From Candidatus Colwellbacteria bacterium (lineage in GTDB: Bacteria > Patescibacteriota > Minisyncoccia > UBA6257 > Colwellbacteraceae): DNA of 64,000 nt. Where the stretch lies: the NCBI GenBank assembly GCA_030700125.1, contig JAUYKE010000021.1, forward strand, positions 2,492 through 66,491, read 5' to 3'. Shown in pieces: positions 49,638 through 58,733 of the stretch. Made by a program: the position numbers and the translations under genes. The notes beneath the pieces are model-generated. The model ran no database searches. It had not been told where the DNA came from and saw only the letters and a list, made by a program, of their open reading frames with translations. Positions within the stretch are counted from its first letter, which is position 1; each line of letters starts with the position of its first letter.

Positions 49638-52319
49638 ATGGGAAATAATTGGTCAATGAAGCCAGTTGTAAAAATTATGGAGCAATTTGCTTCCAGCGAA
49701 CGCGGATTAGATGCCCAAGAAGCAAAGCGACGTTTACAAGAATACGGACCCAATAAATTACCAGCAGGGAAAACAAGCAGCTTAGCTCTTATATTTTTAA
49801 GACAGTTTCAAAGCCCTTTAATTTACATCCTCTTTATAGCAAGCTTGATTGTTTTTGTGATAGGAGAAGTAACTGACGGTTCTATTATTCTCTTCGTTCT
49901 TTTATTTAATGCGGTTGTGGGCACTTTTCAGGAGGGTAAAGCCCAGAATACGCTTTTAGCGTTAAAGAAACTTATCAGGGCCGACTCGGCAGTTTTACGA
50001 GGCGGAAAAGAAGTGTTATTACCGGACGAGGAAGTGGTACCAGGAGACATCCTTGTTCTTCAGGCCGGCGAGATGATCGCGGCTGACGCTAGAATAATTA
50101 CAGCTAAAAATCTTAAGGTAGACGAAGCGATATTAACTGGTGAGTCAGAACCAGTTCATAAAGTTTCCGAAATACTGGCAAGAAAAAAGAAATCGGCGCT
50201 CAATCCGAGTAATATAGTTTTTCAGGGCACTTATGTTGTCGCCGGCAATGGCAAGGCCGTAGTGGTAGCCACGGGCACCGAGACTGCGATTGGGAAAGTT
50301 GCTAAAAAAATTACGACCATTGACACCGAAATCCCTCTTAAGGTTAACATCCGCCATCTTTCTCGGCTGATTATCCTCGCGGTTGCAGGTATCGTTACTT
50401 CATTATTTTTCCTCGGTATTGCTTTGGGGAAATCGGCGAGGGAGATGTTCACTACGGCTGTATCCCTATCTGTGTCAATCATTCCTGAAGGACTGCCGAT
50501 TGTTATAACCCTGGTGTTGGCGACAGGAGTTTGGCGGATGAGCAAGAGAAATGCTTTGGTAAAGCGGCTCCAGGCAGTGGAGGCATTAGGGCAGGCGCGC
50601 ATTATCGCCATAGATAAAACCGGGACAATCACCAAAAACGAGATGGTGATTCAAAGAGTCTATATAGAGGACAAGCTTTTCGAAGTTACCGGTACTGGTT
50701 ACGACCCTAAAGGAGAAGTAAGGATTGAAGGTAACATTGTTAATCCACCTAATCATCCCGAGTTGCTCCTAGCCGGGAAAATAGCGGCTTTTTGCGCTAA
50801 CAGCCGGGTTGTAAATGATGAAAAGACTAATCAGTGGCGGATAGTTGGCGATCCGACAGAGGCAGCCATGCTTGTCTTCGCTGAAAAAATGGGATTTCAC
50901 AAAGATGATTTAGAGCGGGAGTCGCCGGAGACTGACGAAATCCCCTTTGATTATAAGCTTAAATATCACGCTACAGTCCATAAAGTCGGCAGCAAGAGAT
51001 TCCTTGCTGTAGTTGGCACACCAGAAGTCATCTTAGATCTTTCGTCAAGGATATGGCAAAAAGGCGAAGCTCATTCTCTATTTAAAGAGGAGAAAGAGGA
51101 GCTTGAAAAAACATTTATTAGGCTCTCCGAAGAAGGATTTCGGGTTTTAGCTTTTGCGATAAGTCACGATGTACCGGAGAATATCACTCCGGAGAAGATC
51201 CAGAAGCTCACTTTTGCGGGATTCTTCGGTATGAAAGATGCCCTTAGGCCGGAAGTTAAGGAGGCAGTGGAGAAAGCCAAGTCAGCCGGCATCAGGGTGA
51301 TAATGATTACCGGGGATCATAAAATTACTGCTCAGGCTATTGGGAAAGAAGCCGGCATTTACAGGGATGGCAGTGAGGTTTTGATTGGCGAGGAGGTTGA
51401 TAAGCTTTCTGACGCTGAACTTGCGTTTCGTCTTCCAAAAATCTCGATCTTTGCTCGAGTAACTCCCGATCATAAATTAAGGATTATTAATGCCTATAGA
51501 GCCCGGGGTGAGATTATTGCCATGACGGGAGACGGGGTCAATGATGCGCCGTCGTTAGTAGCCGCCGATCTTGGCATAGCGATGGGTAAAATCGGCACCG
51601 AAGTAGCCAAAGAGGCATCCGACATTGTTCTTTTGGACGATAATTTCACCAGCATTGTCTCGGCCATAGAAGAGGGGAGAAATATTTATAAGACCATTAA
51701 AAAGGTTGTCCTCTATTTGTTTTCAACGAGCGTCGGTGAAGTTCTTACGATTTCCGGAGCTCTCTTTCTCGGCTACCCCTTACCGCTGTTGGCTGCTCAA
51801 ATTATTTGGTTAAACTTGGTAACTGACGGCTTTTTGGATGTCGCTCTAGCGATGGAACCCAGGGAGAAAGGACTGCTTCAAGGTAATTTTGAACGACCCA
51901 AAAAGTATCTGATAGATCGGTTGATGGGAAAGCGGATAATTATAATGGCCATTTCGATGGCGATAGGAACCTTGTTTCTTTTCAAGGGATATTTTGAGGC
52001 TGATATTACTAAGGCCTGGACAATATCGCTTACAACTCTGGCAGTTTTTCAATGGTTTAATGCTTGGAACTGTCGCTCTGAAGAAAAATCTATTTTCCAG
52101 ACGAATCCGTTTTCAAATAGGTTCTTAGTGGGAGCAACGGTCATTGTAGTTCTCCTTCAATTGTTAGCAGTCTATAACCCTTTAATGCAGAAAATTTTGC
52201 ACACCACCTCACTTGAATTACGCGAATGGTTGCTGATTATTGCCGTAGCGGCCTCTATTATCCTTGTAGAGGAGATAAGAAAAAATTTCTATCGCAGGAG
52301 GTTGGCTTTATCCCGTTAG
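49638..52319 (+). CDS. cation-transporting P-type ATPase (P2A, Ca2+-type)
   Basis: TGES, IPEGL, DKTGTIT, TGDGVNDAP, QIIWLNLVTDG. Confidence 0.95.
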   Translation: MGNNWSMKPVVKIMEQFASSERGLDAQEAKRRLQEYGPNKLPAGKTSSLALIFLRQFQSPLIYILFIASLIVFVIGEVTDGSIILFVLLFNAVVGTFQEGKAQNTLLALKKLIRADSAVLRGGKEVLLPDEEVVPGDILVLQAGEMIAADARIITAKNLKVDEAILTGESEPVHKVSEILARKKKSALNPSNIVFQGTYVVAGNGKAVVVATGTETAIGKVAKKITTIDTEIPLKVNIRHLSRLIILAVAGIVTSLFFLGIALGKSAREMFTTAVSLSVSIIPEGLPIVITLVLATGVWRMSKRNALVKRLQAVEALGQARIIAIDKTGTITKNEMVIQRVYIEDKLFEVTGTGYDPKGEVRIEGNIVNPPNHPELLLAGKIAAFCANSRVVNDEKTNQWRIVGDPTEAAMLVFAEKMGFHKDDLERESPETDEIPFDYKLKYHATVHKVGSKRFLAVVGTPEVILDLSSRIWQKGEAHSLFKEEKEELEKTFIRLSEEGFRVLAFAISHDVPENITPEKIQKLTFAGFFGMKDALRPEVKEAVEKAKSAGIRVIMITGDHKITAQAIGKEAGIYRDGSEVLIGEEVDKLSDAELAFRLPKISIFARVTPDHKLRIINAYRARGEIIAMTGDGVNDAPSLVAADLGIAMGKIGTEVAKEASDIVLLDDNFTSIVSAIEEGRNIYKTIKKVVLYLFSTSVGEVLTISGALFLGYPLPLLAAQIIWLNLVTDGFLDVALAMEPREKGLLQGNFERPKKYLIDRLMGKRIIIMAISMAIGTLFLFKGYFEADITKAWTISLTTLAVFQWFNAWNCRSEEKSIFQTNPFSNRFLVGATVIVVLLQLLAVYNPLMQKILHTTSLELREWLLIIAVAASIILVEEIRKNFYRRRLALSR

Positions 52320-52530
52320 GTCGCTTGATAGTTCGATAGGCTCACCGCAAGTAAAAAATGTTGTCTGCGGAGGAGTAGTGGACGATGTTAGAACCTATTG
52401 GATGACCACTGCCGAGAGGTTTTTCATTCCAAGCTTAACGTTAGAGGTCGCTCGAATCAAATAATGATTTCCTACCCTTCTTTTCGTGAGCCAGAATTTT
52501 TACCCTATTATTGATTATAAAGTGAAAAAT

Positions 52531-53349
52531 TTATGTAATAAAAATTGATAACCACTCTGGATGATGGGCTTCAATAAGCGCCAGAAAGAGGATTAAATCA
52601 AGCGTCAAGTGAATCGTAATTATATAAAGGAGAGATTTGGTTTTCATAAAGATGTAACCTTGAGTAAGAGCAAAGATAAATATTAAAATAAAACCCCAGC
52701 CGGTGAAGCCAAGTTCATATAAAAATGAAGTGAACAAGACGCTTTGAATTAAGTTTGCCCAGCCAAATTTTATATGCCGGATGAGTATTCCAAGAACAGT
52801 ATTTACGAAGAAAAGTTCATCCCAAATACCCAGCGCATTAGTTCCGATAAAGAGCCTGATGATATTACTTAAGCCCGGTTCTACATTCCAATTCAGATAT
52901 GCCCCCGTATTTAGAAGGTAGAAAGGGAGTAAAAAGTAGGAAAGAATAGCTGTTATAACAATATAGAGAATTTCACTCCGAAACCAACGTCGCCCATGAT
53001 GAAACGTGTAAGGAATTAATGCCTTATCTTTATAGAATTTGCGGGCGATAGTTAACGGAATTATGAGAACTAAGACAAGGGCTAATCCCATCTCGAACAT
53101 GTGTCGATAGCTGATATCAGTGGTGATGGCAGTAATACCAAGAAGAGCTATAGCCACATAAACAAGTAAGAGATGCTTGGCGAATTGCCGCTCGGCAAAA
53201 ACTAAAGATAGTAATCCAGCGCCATATACTAGCCAGCCATAGGGCTTAACTTGCAGGGCAATAAGAATTATGCCGGTAGCCGAAAGGAGGATAAGCGAAA
53301 AGATATTAAAAATTTTAGTTCGCATTGAAGATACAAATAAGCATATCAT
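52531..53349 (-). CDS. CPBP (CAAX/Abi) family intramembrane protease
   Basis: WDELFF, FLYE, ITIH motifs; multi-TM; AT-rich. Confidence 0.75.
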   Translation of the reverse strand: MICLFVSSMRTKIFNIFSLILLSATGIILIALQVKPYGWLVYGAGLLSLVFAERQFAKHLLLVYVAIALLGITAITTDISYRHMFEMGLALVLVLIIPLTIARKFYKDKALIPYTFHHGRRWFRSEILYIVITAILSYFLLPFYLLNTGAYLNWNVEPGLSNIIRLFIGTNALGIWDELFFVNTVLGILIRHIKFGWANLIQSVLFTSFLYELGFTGWGFILIFIFALTQGYIFMKTKSLLYIITIHLTLDLILFLALIEAHHPEWLSIFIT

Positions 53350-53373
53350 TTAAGGTATGCCCATTCTGCATTT

Positions 53374-53423
53374 GCGGGACGTTCGGGTTAAGTAGCCAGA
53401 GTATTCAATCAGTATAAGGGTTT
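53374..53423 (-). repeat. 50-bp direct repeat, copy 2
   Basis: gcgggacgttcgggttaagtagccagagtattcaatcagtataagggttt. Confidence 0.85.
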
Positions 53424-53629
53424 CTCGGGGCTCGGGCGAGGAGCTATTTTGAGGCACGTGGGTCAGGGTTAAATGGGACAAATGGGACACGAAAACAGGG
53501 TTTTTGGGAGTGTCCCATTTTGCAACCTGAGTAGTTGCCAGGCGGTTGACTAATGGCATTAAATATGCCATTCTTTGGTGTCCTTTAATAGCGTATTCTC
53601 TCCACCGAAAGCGAAAGGAGGTGGTCGAC

Positions 53630-56017
53630 ATGATCCCAATGCTACACCAGCAGGACTGCCTGGACCGCCTCCAGGCGGTTCGTAAGCAAGGCCATGAACG
53701 TGCCCTCATCGTGGTTGCAACTGGCCTTGGTAAGACTGTCATTTCGGCTCTCGACATAAAGCAGTTTCGGAAGCTGAAGCGTGGTGGTCGAGTGCTCTAC
53801 CTCTGTCACCAGAAGGATATCCTCCGGCAGGCTCGGAGGACCTTCGAGCTCGTGCTCGGAGAGGAGGCGACCTACGGGTATTTCCACGGCATGGAAAAGC
53901 ATTTCCACGACGTGGATTGTCTCTTTGCCTCGTTCCAAAGCATGCGCGAGTGGCGTGAGGCTTTCCTTCCGGATGAGTTCGACTACATCGTGATTGATGA
54001 GAGTCATCATGGTCCGGCGCCGACTTACCGCCCCACGATCGAGTACTTTGAACCCAAGTTCTTGCTTGGAATCACCGCTACTCCGGATCGGACCGATCTC
54101 CAGGATATTCGGGAGATCTACGGACGGGAGGTCTACTCGCTTCCCATCGAGGAGGCTCTAGCCAAGGGGCTTCTCACAAGGGTGGACTATCGACTCATCA
54201 CAGATGAACTCGTCGATCTCAAGGTACTCGAGACGCCAGTTGGTAAGCTCAGCATAACCGAGCTCAACAAGAGGCTCTTCGTACCGAAGCGAGACGAGGA
54301 AATCGCACAGATCATCCAGAAGCGCATCAAGAAGATCAAGGACCCTCGGGTTATGATTTTCTGTCCTTCAGTGGACTACTGTATTCGACTCTCGGCGCTC
54401 TTGCCAGAAGCGATACCCATCCATTACCGGCTTTCCGGGAAAGACCAGGAAATTCGGCTTGAGTTATTCCGGCAGGGCCGGGTCAGGTCAGTCCTCACGG
54501 TCGATAAGTTCAACGAAGGGATTGATATCCCAGAAGCGAACGTAATTGTCTTCCTCCGCTCGACTGCTTCTCGGATGCTCTTCTTCCAGCAGCTTGGGAG
54601 GGGACTCCGGAAAGTTGAGGGGAAGAAGAAGGTTCTCGTGCTCGACTTCGTGGGTAACTGCGAGCGGCTCGAGCTGGTCCACTATCTGTGGTCTGAGGTG
54701 ATGACGTATCACTCTCATAAGATCTCGGGTAATGGACCGGCTCCAATCGAGATTGATGTCGGAAGCCTCAAATTCTCCGAGGTGACCAAGAACGTTCTGG
54801 ACGTCATCATGGCGGTTCGGGGCGGTTACACTAAGGAGATTTTGATCAAGCAGCTCAGGCAACTTGCCGAGCGGATCGGACGAATCCCTAGAAGAGTCGA
54901 CGTAGACAAGGCATCTCATGAAGGTCGATGCGCACACAGCGTGACTTTCACAAGGGTCTTTGGATCATTCCCTAAAGCTCTGCTGGCAGCGGGGTTTGAG
55001 CCGAACTATATTCGCTCTCTCCTCCCAAGTAAAGAGGAAATGATTCGTCTCCTCCGGGAACTCGGAGATAAACTGAAAAGAGTTCCCAGTCGGGAAGACA
55101 TTCGGCAGGCAAACAAGGAAGGGTTCTGCCCAAGCTGCTGGTACTACGAGCAACAGTTTGGATCACTTCCAGAAGCTCTCACACGTGCCGGCTTTAATCC
55201 TCGGAGATCAATCCGGCACACTCCGGAAGAGCTCATCGAAAGGCTCCAGTGGCTCACCAGAGAGCTAGGTCATCAGCCTTCGCATAGAGAGTTAAGGAAA
55301 GTAAGTAAGGAGATCAATGGTTTCCCGACCATTCTTCCTTTCCTGCGTGCTTTTGGCAATCTTGATGAGGCATTCGAAGCAGCAGGCCTCAGTAGAAGGC
55401 GAGGTATCGAGAAATATAAATCCTCGTACACGGAAGATGAGATTGTCTCTTACCTTCAGAGTCTTGCCAAGCAACTTGGTAAGACACCTAGCGCAGCTGA
55501 CGTAGGCCAAGCAAGTGCCGGCGGCAAGGGGCCAGGATCCTCCGCTATCGCCCGACGCTTTGGCAGTTTCAATGCAGCGCTTGAAGCAGCTGGATTACTA
55601 CCATTAAAGAGAAACTACACCGACGAAGAGCTTATTGATCTGCTCCGGCAGTGTGCTGAGGAGATCGGTAAAGTTCCCGGAAAGCAAGACCTCCTACACC
55701 ACGGCTGGCCAAGCCCTAACACATACCGACAACACTTCGGCTCGTATGCCATCGCGCTTGAGAGAGCTGGGCTTACGCCGACTGCTCGAAGCATCGCAAG
55801 AAGCATCTATAGCTTCGAGGATATAGTCAGGGCTGTCCGAAAGGTAGCGGAAAACCTAGGCCGAGTTCCTACTCTAGGTGAGTACGAATCACTCCGTGCC
55901 GTTGGCGAACCTACTCGCTACACGATTAGTAGGCGACTAGGCGATTGGAAGTCTGTACTAAAAGCCGCTGATCTTACAGGGGAAAACGAATCCCTGAACA
56001 CCCGGTTGGAGGGATAA
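53630..56017 (+). CDS. SF2 DExH helicase (ResIII-like) fused to six homing-endonuclease-associated repeats
   Basis: ATGLGKT, DESHH, TAT, EGIDIP, QQLGRGLR, then six units of about 60 aa (YT.EE.I..L..L...LG..P...FGS...AL.AAG); SD AAGGAGGT. Confidence 0.88.
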   Translation: MIPMLHQQDCLDRLQAVRKQGHERALIVVATGLGKTVISALDIKQFRKLKRGGRVLYLCHQKDILRQARRTFELVLGEEATYGYFHGMEKHFHDVDCLFASFQSMREWREAFLPDEFDYIVIDESHHGPAPTYRPTIEYFEPKFLLGITATPDRTDLQDIREIYGREVYSLPIEEALAKGLLTRVDYRLITDELVDLKVLETPVGKLSITELNKRLFVPKRDEEIAQIIQKRIKKIKDPRVMIFCPSVDYCIRLSALLPEAIPIHYRLSGKDQEIRLELFRQGRVRSVLTVDKFNEGIDIPEANVIVFLRSTASRMLFFQQLGRGLRKVEGKKKVLVLDFVGNCERLELVHYLWSEVMTYHSHKISGNGPAPIEIDVGSLKFSEVTKNVLDVIMAVRGGYTKEILIKQLRQLAERIGRIPRRVDVDKASHEGRCAHSVTFTRVFGSFPKALLAAGFEPNYIRSLLPSKEEMIRLLRELGDKLKRVPSREDIRQANKEGFCPSCWYYEQQFGSLPEALTRAGFNPRRSIRHTPEELIERLQWLTRELGHQPSHRELRKVSKEINGFPTILPFLRAFGNLDEAFEAAGLSRRRGIEKYKSSYTEDEIVSYLQSLAKQLGKTPSAADVGQASAGGKGPGSSAIARRFGSFNAALEAAGLLPLKRNYTDEELIDLLRQCAEEIGKVPGKQDLLHHGWPSPNTYRQHFGSYAIALERAGLTPTARSIARSIYSFEDIVRAVRKVAENLGRVPTLGEYESLRAVGEPTRYTISRRLGDWKSVLKAADLTGENESLNTRLEG

Positions 56018-56056
56018 CCAACCCCGGTCTGGCATCGACGACTAGATCGGGCTACT

Positions 56057-56098
56057 GGCCCACCGAGGATTAATTCCAAAGTGGGCCTTTTCGTTTTT
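56057..56098 (+). terminator. intrinsic terminator after the helicase
   Basis: ggcccac...gtgggcc followed by ttttcgttttt. Confidence 0.65.
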
Positions 56099-56369
56099 AT
56101 AATACTTTAGATACAACCGCTAAATTAATTTGGTTCTAACGTCCCACTCGGGGTATTGAAAGAAGTCTCTGAAATTGAGGTTAATTCTCTGGTGGAGGAG
56201 GTGGGAATCTCACTACTCACTTGTTTCACTCGTTGCGCTTTCAGAACCCTCGGTTCTAAATAATCTCCAACACGGAGGGGGCCCGGTGGCTTCCCCTCCG
56301 ACCCACCCCTCGTTCAAATCCCACCAAGTACAAAATAAATACATCGCAAGGATGTACTTATTTTGTACG

Positions 56370-56455
56370 CGGAAGGGGTGGGATTCGAACCCACGAGGGG
56401 GACAAGCCCCCACGGGTTAGCAACCCGTCGCTTTGGACCGCTCAGCCACCCTTCC
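56370..56455 (-). tRNA. tRNA-Ser(GCU)
   Basis: ACGGG-TT-GCT-AA-CCCGT; long variable arm; G73. Confidence 0.93.
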
Positions 56456-56561
56456 AGGCAATAAAAGTTTAGTTGAATCGTGTTTTTTATTCAATAAATC
56501 TTGCATGGGGCACCTCGAGATGCTTGCGCTGAGTGTGCCGAAATGATAGTTTTCTAAAACA

Positions 56562-58046
56562 ATGCCTGTTAAGAATCAAGAGAAAAATTTCCAGCATCGT
56601 CCCCCGGTAGTAGCTGTGGTGGGGCATGTTGATCACGGCAAAACCACTCTTTTGGACTACATTAGAAAAACCAATGTCGCTACCAAAGAGGTCGGCGGCA
56701 TTACTCAATCGACCGGTGCCTATGAGATAGAACACTCTTCGACAAGCTCAGGGCAAGCTCACAAAATTACCTTCATTGATACCCCGGGGCATGAGGCATT
56801 TTCCCTGATGCGGGCTCGGGGTGCTGCCGCCGCCGACTTGGCTATCTTAGTGGTAGCGGCTGATGAAGGGATAAAGCCCCAAACAACGGAAGCGATCGGA
56901 ATTTTAAAAAGCACGGAAACACCGTTTATCGTTGCCATAACCAAGATTGATAAACCAAACGCCAACATTGATAAAGTTAAAAACGAACTTCAGAGCGCCG
57001 AGGTTTTACTCGAGGGCTACGGGGGTGATGTTAGCTGGCACGGTGTCTCCGGAGTTTCCGGCGAAGGGGTTAATGAACTTCTTGATTTAATTGTGCTTAC
57101 CGGTGAGGTTGCCGGTCTTACTTTTGATCCAGAAGCCAAGGCAAGAGGGTTCGTTATTGAATCGAGGAAAGAAAATCGACGGGGAATTATTGCTCACCTT
57201 GTTTTGAAGGACGGAGTGCTCAAGGCGGGAGAGAACATCGCTACTCCTAGCGCCTCGGGCAAAATAAAAATACTGGAAGATTTTCTTGGCCACCGAGCTA
57301 AGGAACTTTGGCCATCCGCTCCGGCACTCGTAGTCGGATTTGAAAAACTTCCTCGAGCCGGAGAGGAGTTTACGGTTGGCAAGACTAATACGCCTCAAGT
57401 TAAAATTACGCCGGCACCAAAAACTGCCGCCCCCAAGAGAGGCAAGCCTCTCAACTTTAGAGTAATTCTAAAAGCTGATACCACCGGCTCATTAGAAGCG
57501 ATGGAAGCACTACTCAAGAATTTAGTGGAGATTGGAGAAGCGTCGGTCGGTGAGATTTCAGACAGTGACGTGAATTTTGCCAAATCTACCAAGAGTGTGA
57601 TCGTCGGATTCAATGTTCTGCCCGGCAAGTCCGCTGCCCGACTAGCCGATGCCCAGCGAGTTAAGATTATTACTTCAAGCATTATCTACAAAGTGGCAGA
57701 TGCGGTCTCCGAAATGCTGAAAGCGGAGGAAGAAGAAAAAATCAAAGGGTCACTGGAGGTCATGGCTGTCTTTAGTATTGCCCGCGCGAGAAAAACAATC
57801 GGAGGCAAAGTGTCAGAGGGCGTACTTAGGGTCGGCAATAATGTTGAGATCGAGCGAAACACGGCCGCCCCTGATGGGGGCGAGCCTCGCCCAGAAGCTG
57901 GGCGGGAGGTAGTCGGAAAGGGTAAAATCACGAATCTTCAGCGTGACAAGGAAGATGCAAGAGAAGTGCCTCAAGGGAATGAGTGCGGACTTGTTGTTGA
58001 GACCCCCGTTAATATAGAAGTTGGAGACACCTTAAAAGTGGTTTAA
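56562..58046 (+). CDS. infB: translation initiation factor IF-2 (short form)
   Basis: RPPVVAVVGHVDHGKTT, DTPGH, TKID, KAD..GSLEA, ECG. Confidence 0.95.
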   Translation: MPVKNQEKNFQHRPPVVAVVGHVDHGKTTLLDYIRKTNVATKEVGGITQSTGAYEIEHSSTSSGQAHKITFIDTPGHEAFSLMRARGAAAADLAILVVAADEGIKPQTTEAIGILKSTETPFIVAITKIDKPNANIDKVKNELQSAEVLLEGYGGDVSWHGVSGVSGEGVNELLDLIVLTGEVAGLTFDPEAKARGFVIESRKENRRGIIAHLVLKDGVLKAGENIATPSASGKIKILEDFLGHRAKELWPSAPALVVGFEKLPRAGEEFTVGKTNTPQVKITPAPKTAAPKRGKPLNFRVILKADTTGSLEAMEALLKNLVEIGEASVGEISDSDVNFAKSTKSVIVGFNVLPGKSAARLADAQRVKIITSSIIYKVADAVSEMLKAEEEEKIKGSLEVMAVFSIARARKTIGGKVSEGVLRVGNNVEIERNTAAPDGGEPRPEAGREVVGKGKITNLQRDKEDAREVPQGNECGLVVETPVNIEVGDTLKVV

Positions 58047-58387
58047 TGAAACCGTATCGCAGAGAACAATTATCCAGTTTAATCCAGAAAGAGTTAGGTG
58101 AGCTCGTTATAAGAAACATAGAATTTCCACCAGGATCCCTGGTCACGATAAGTGAAGTTGAGATATCGAGGGACTCCAAAAGAGCCGCAGTTTGGATAGG
58201 GGTTATCCCCGGAGAAATGAGCGATACGGTCTTAGGAATTTTAGAAAAAGCGAGAGGATCTCTTCAGTATGAATTAGGCGAGATGTTACGAGCGAGGATC
58301 GTCCCAAGAATAGAATTTGTGATTGATCGAGGTGCGGAGCACGCTGCCCTGATAGAGAAGATCTCGCTTGAGAAAGATAAAGAATAG
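58046..58387 (+). CDS. rbfA: ribosome-binding factor A
   Basis: LVTISEVEISRD...RIVPRIEFVID; follows infB. Confidence 0.9.
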   Translation: MKPYRREQLSSLIQKELGELVIRNIEFPPGSLVTISEVEISRDSKRAAVWIGVIPGEMSDTVLGILEKARGSLQYELGEMLRARIVPRIEFVIDRGAEHAALIEKISLEKDKE

Positions 58388-58411
58388 TTATAAGTTTTAG
58401 TTGTAAGTTTT

Positions 58412-58483
58412 GGCCTGGTAGCCAAGTGGTAAGGCAGGGGACTGCAAATCCCCTACACGCGGGTTCGATTCCCGCCCAGGCCT
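58412..58483 (+). tRNA. tRNA-Cys(GCA)
   Basis: GGGGA-CT-GCA-AA-TCCCC; U73. Confidence 0.93.
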
Positions 58484-58542
58484 CCCTGGAACAATTGCTT
58501 TGCAATTGTTCGGGCGATCAAGCGCCTACGCTTGATTTAGCC
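58484..58542 (-). repeat. two-hairpin scaffold element, copy 2, abutting the tRNA-Cys 3' end
   Basis: Minus strand ggctaaatcaa-gcgtaggcgc-ttgatcgcccga-acaattgcaaagcaattgt-tccaggg. Confidence 0.75.
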
Positions 58543-58550
58543 GTTGATTT

Positions 58551-58631
58551 GCCTGGGTGGTGGAACGGTATACACGCATCACTTAAAATGATGTGCCGAA
58601 AGGCATGTGGGTTCGAGTCCCACCCCGGGCA
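58551..58631 (+). tRNA. tRNA-Leu(UAA)
   Basis: CATCA-CT-TAA-AA-TGATG; variable arm. Confidence 0.93.
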
Positions 58632-58733
58632 CTGCTAAACAACTCAAGGAAATTTTCCCAGAATTTTCGCGCGATTATTTTTAATTAGCGGAGATGCTGG
58701 ATGCTCTTATATCACATATGATATACTTGCCGT

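Noticed and set aside
53630-56017. Type I/III restriction-modification system
   Set aside because: No methyltransferase or specificity gene nearby, and no recognisable nuclease motif in the protein.
47400-56330. Prophage or intact integrative element
   Set aside because: No integrase, transposase, replication or virion genes; only cargo genes and short relic sequences.
56562-58046. infB as a truncated pseudogene
   Set aside because: All G-domain motifs and the C-terminal domains are present in one frame coupled to rbfA; loss of the dispensable N-terminal region is compatible with function.
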